Below, in pieces: positions 62,440 through 64,000 of a DNA stretch of 64,000 nt. The position numbers were made by a program, and so were the translations under genes. A model generated the notes under the pieces. It was not told the origin of the DNA, ran no database searches, and saw only the letters and a program-made list of their open reading frames with translations. Each line of letters starts with the position of its first letter. The stretch's first letter is position 1. Location of the stretch: the NCBI GenBank assembly GCA_905178155.1, contig CAJINV010000012.1, positions 2,333,407 through 2,397,406 of the forward strand, given 5' to 3'. Source of the DNA: Amoebophrya sp. A120 (taxonomy: Eukaryota; Protista; Dinoflagellata).

Positions 62440-62692
62440 CTTCGATTTTTCACACGATATTGTGCTAGACTAACAGGATGTTTCTTTTCTGCAGCAGCTG
62501 ATCTTCATCTTCGATGGCAAATAAGTAAATTATTCTATCAATGATCAACATTATTTTCTTCATTCTCTACATCAACTACTAGCATCACACATTAAAAACC
62601 AGACAACCGAAAAAGATGATGTGAACTGCAGTGAGCAGACCACGCCCACCACCGGGTACGTACAGAGGGTGATTCTTTAGAATGTGTAAGTA

Positions 62693-63898
62693 TATGAAGA
62701 CGCGTCGTGGTCCACAGGAGGCCTTCCGATTTGGAATTATTGCGCGCATCGCAAGCGCTTCCTGCTTGGTTAGTGAAAACAGGCAACAGGTAGGCATAGG
62801 CGACGCCGTCCGCGCCGGCCGGGCTCACTGACCAAGCTCCAGGTAGTACTCAAATGCCAAGAAGAACCAAAAAAGATAAAAAAAAGCTGACGGCTCCGGG
62901 GCAGGGCATTCACCGCGGCCGAAGAAACTGCTTTTCAGAGGCAAAAAGCAGCACAGGCCTCGACACAGAATGGAACCGCAGGCGCCGTCGGCTTTTTTTT
63001 GATGCAAAAATAAAATCCCACAGGGGAGTTTGAGAAAAAGCACAATAGCAGAGCGAGCAGGTGAACAATAACTCCAAAACGCGTCCTGTGAAAATATATA
63101 CTTCTAGCACAAGCAGGCAGCGCTCTTTCATCGCGCAAGAAAGTAAGGCGCGTGCTAAGTCGTGCCTGTGGGCACTTTCGAAATGCGTGCGCGCGCCGGT
63201 GGCACTTTCGAAATAGGCGGCGCGAGCAATGCTTTGTTTTAAAACGCCCAACAAAGCAACGCGCATCAGAAAAGCTTTTGAGCATTTTCGTGCATCTTCA
63301 TCTTGCGTATTTTCTGCAAAGTCTTCAGAAGCTTTTCAGTCTTCAGAAGATTCTACAGAAGATGACCTTCAGAAGGTCAAAGCTTCTGAAGAATGCGGAA
63401 AAAAGGACGCAAAAAGTTGTCGCTTTGGAGACGCAATTCAAAAACCTTCTGAAGGTTTTCAACCTTCAGAAGGTTGGCCAAAATTGCGACACTTCACTGC
63501 CTTTTTTTGTCTAAAAAGTCGGAAAGCCTTCTGAAGGTCAAAAAAGTGCCACCTTCTGAAAGTTTTCAACCTTCAGAAGATTTCAAAACGGTCACTTTTC
63601 ACCTTCTGAAGGTTTTTTTGCTCATTTTCTATTTTTTTCTTCTGAAGGTCAAAAAAAACCTTCTGAAGGCGTGACCTTCAGAAGAAAAAAATGCTCATGG
63701 TTAAACCGATGGCATGCTCGCTCAAAAAAAAGAGGCTTTTTTCCGTTTCTTCTGAAGGTTCCAGTGATGATTTTGGACCTTCAGAAGACCTTCAGAAGAA
63801 AAGGCTTCTGAAGGTTCAGCAGCACTTTTGACAAGCCTTCTCCTTATAGTTATTAGATTTATGAAGACGCGTCGTGGTCCACAGGAGGCCTTCCGATT
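62693..63898. repeat. 1.1-kb segment bounded by a 39-bp direct repeat and containing an array of CTTCWGAAG palindromes
   Basis: TATGAAGACGCGTCGTGGTCCACAGGAGGCCTTCCGATT at 62693-62731 and 63860-63898; about 17 CTTC(A/T)GAAG-type motifs in 63320-63815. Confidence 0.75.
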
Positions 63899-64000
63899 AG
63901 TCTACTGTTGTTTTATCTTGACAATATTAAACACCTACTTAGTGGCGCTGCAGTACTTTTTAGCTTTACTACACTGAACTATTATATTGCATTTTTGGTT

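Noticed and set aside
14353-62544. Many short ORFs with recurring peptides (CAKVSYSY, YPVQKYRTR, FQTQTF, MHLYEYDTFA)
   Set aside because: They are translations of element TIRs in various frames, not genes
63320-63815. Heat-shock elements or CRISPR array
   Set aside because: Spacing is TTC-N1-GAA rather than TTC-N2-GAA; repeats are 9-13 bp and irregularly spaced
1-64000. tRNA, rRNA or spliced-leader RNA genes
   Set aside because: None recognisable by eye; tRNAscan-SE or Infernal would be needed to exclude them

Overview
Eukaryotic (non-bacterial) DNA with nine apparent protein-coding genes, all on the minus strand. The dominant feature is a set of 71 (hand count) short insertions, mostly 115-335 bp, in about 12 sequence families. 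Almost all begin TAT and end ATA, carry family-specific terminal inverted repeats (TIRs) and are flanked by 5-bp direct repeats (DRs). All 71 sit inside coding sequence, in either orientation. Removing each element plus one DR copy restores the reading frame at every junction I traced, with no common GT-AG. They therefore look like non-canonical, transposon-derived introns (introners), like the IR+DR introners known from the parasitic dinoflagellate Amoebophrya; that organism assignment is my inference. In silico splicing gives a ~2473-aa MATCAP/KIAA0895 (DUF1704)-like metallopeptidase (25 introners), CDC123, a large LRR protein (28 introners) and several hypothetical proteins, alongside an intronless GT32 glycosyltransferase. 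Beyond the known phenomenon, the window shows a GCAT[G/T/C]ACAAA motif shared across families, common internal bodies with swapped TIRs, synonymous-biased DR mismatches, two apparent introner-to-GT-AG conversions, and nested insertions. No transposase is encoded in the window. All coordinates and counts were derived by eye.
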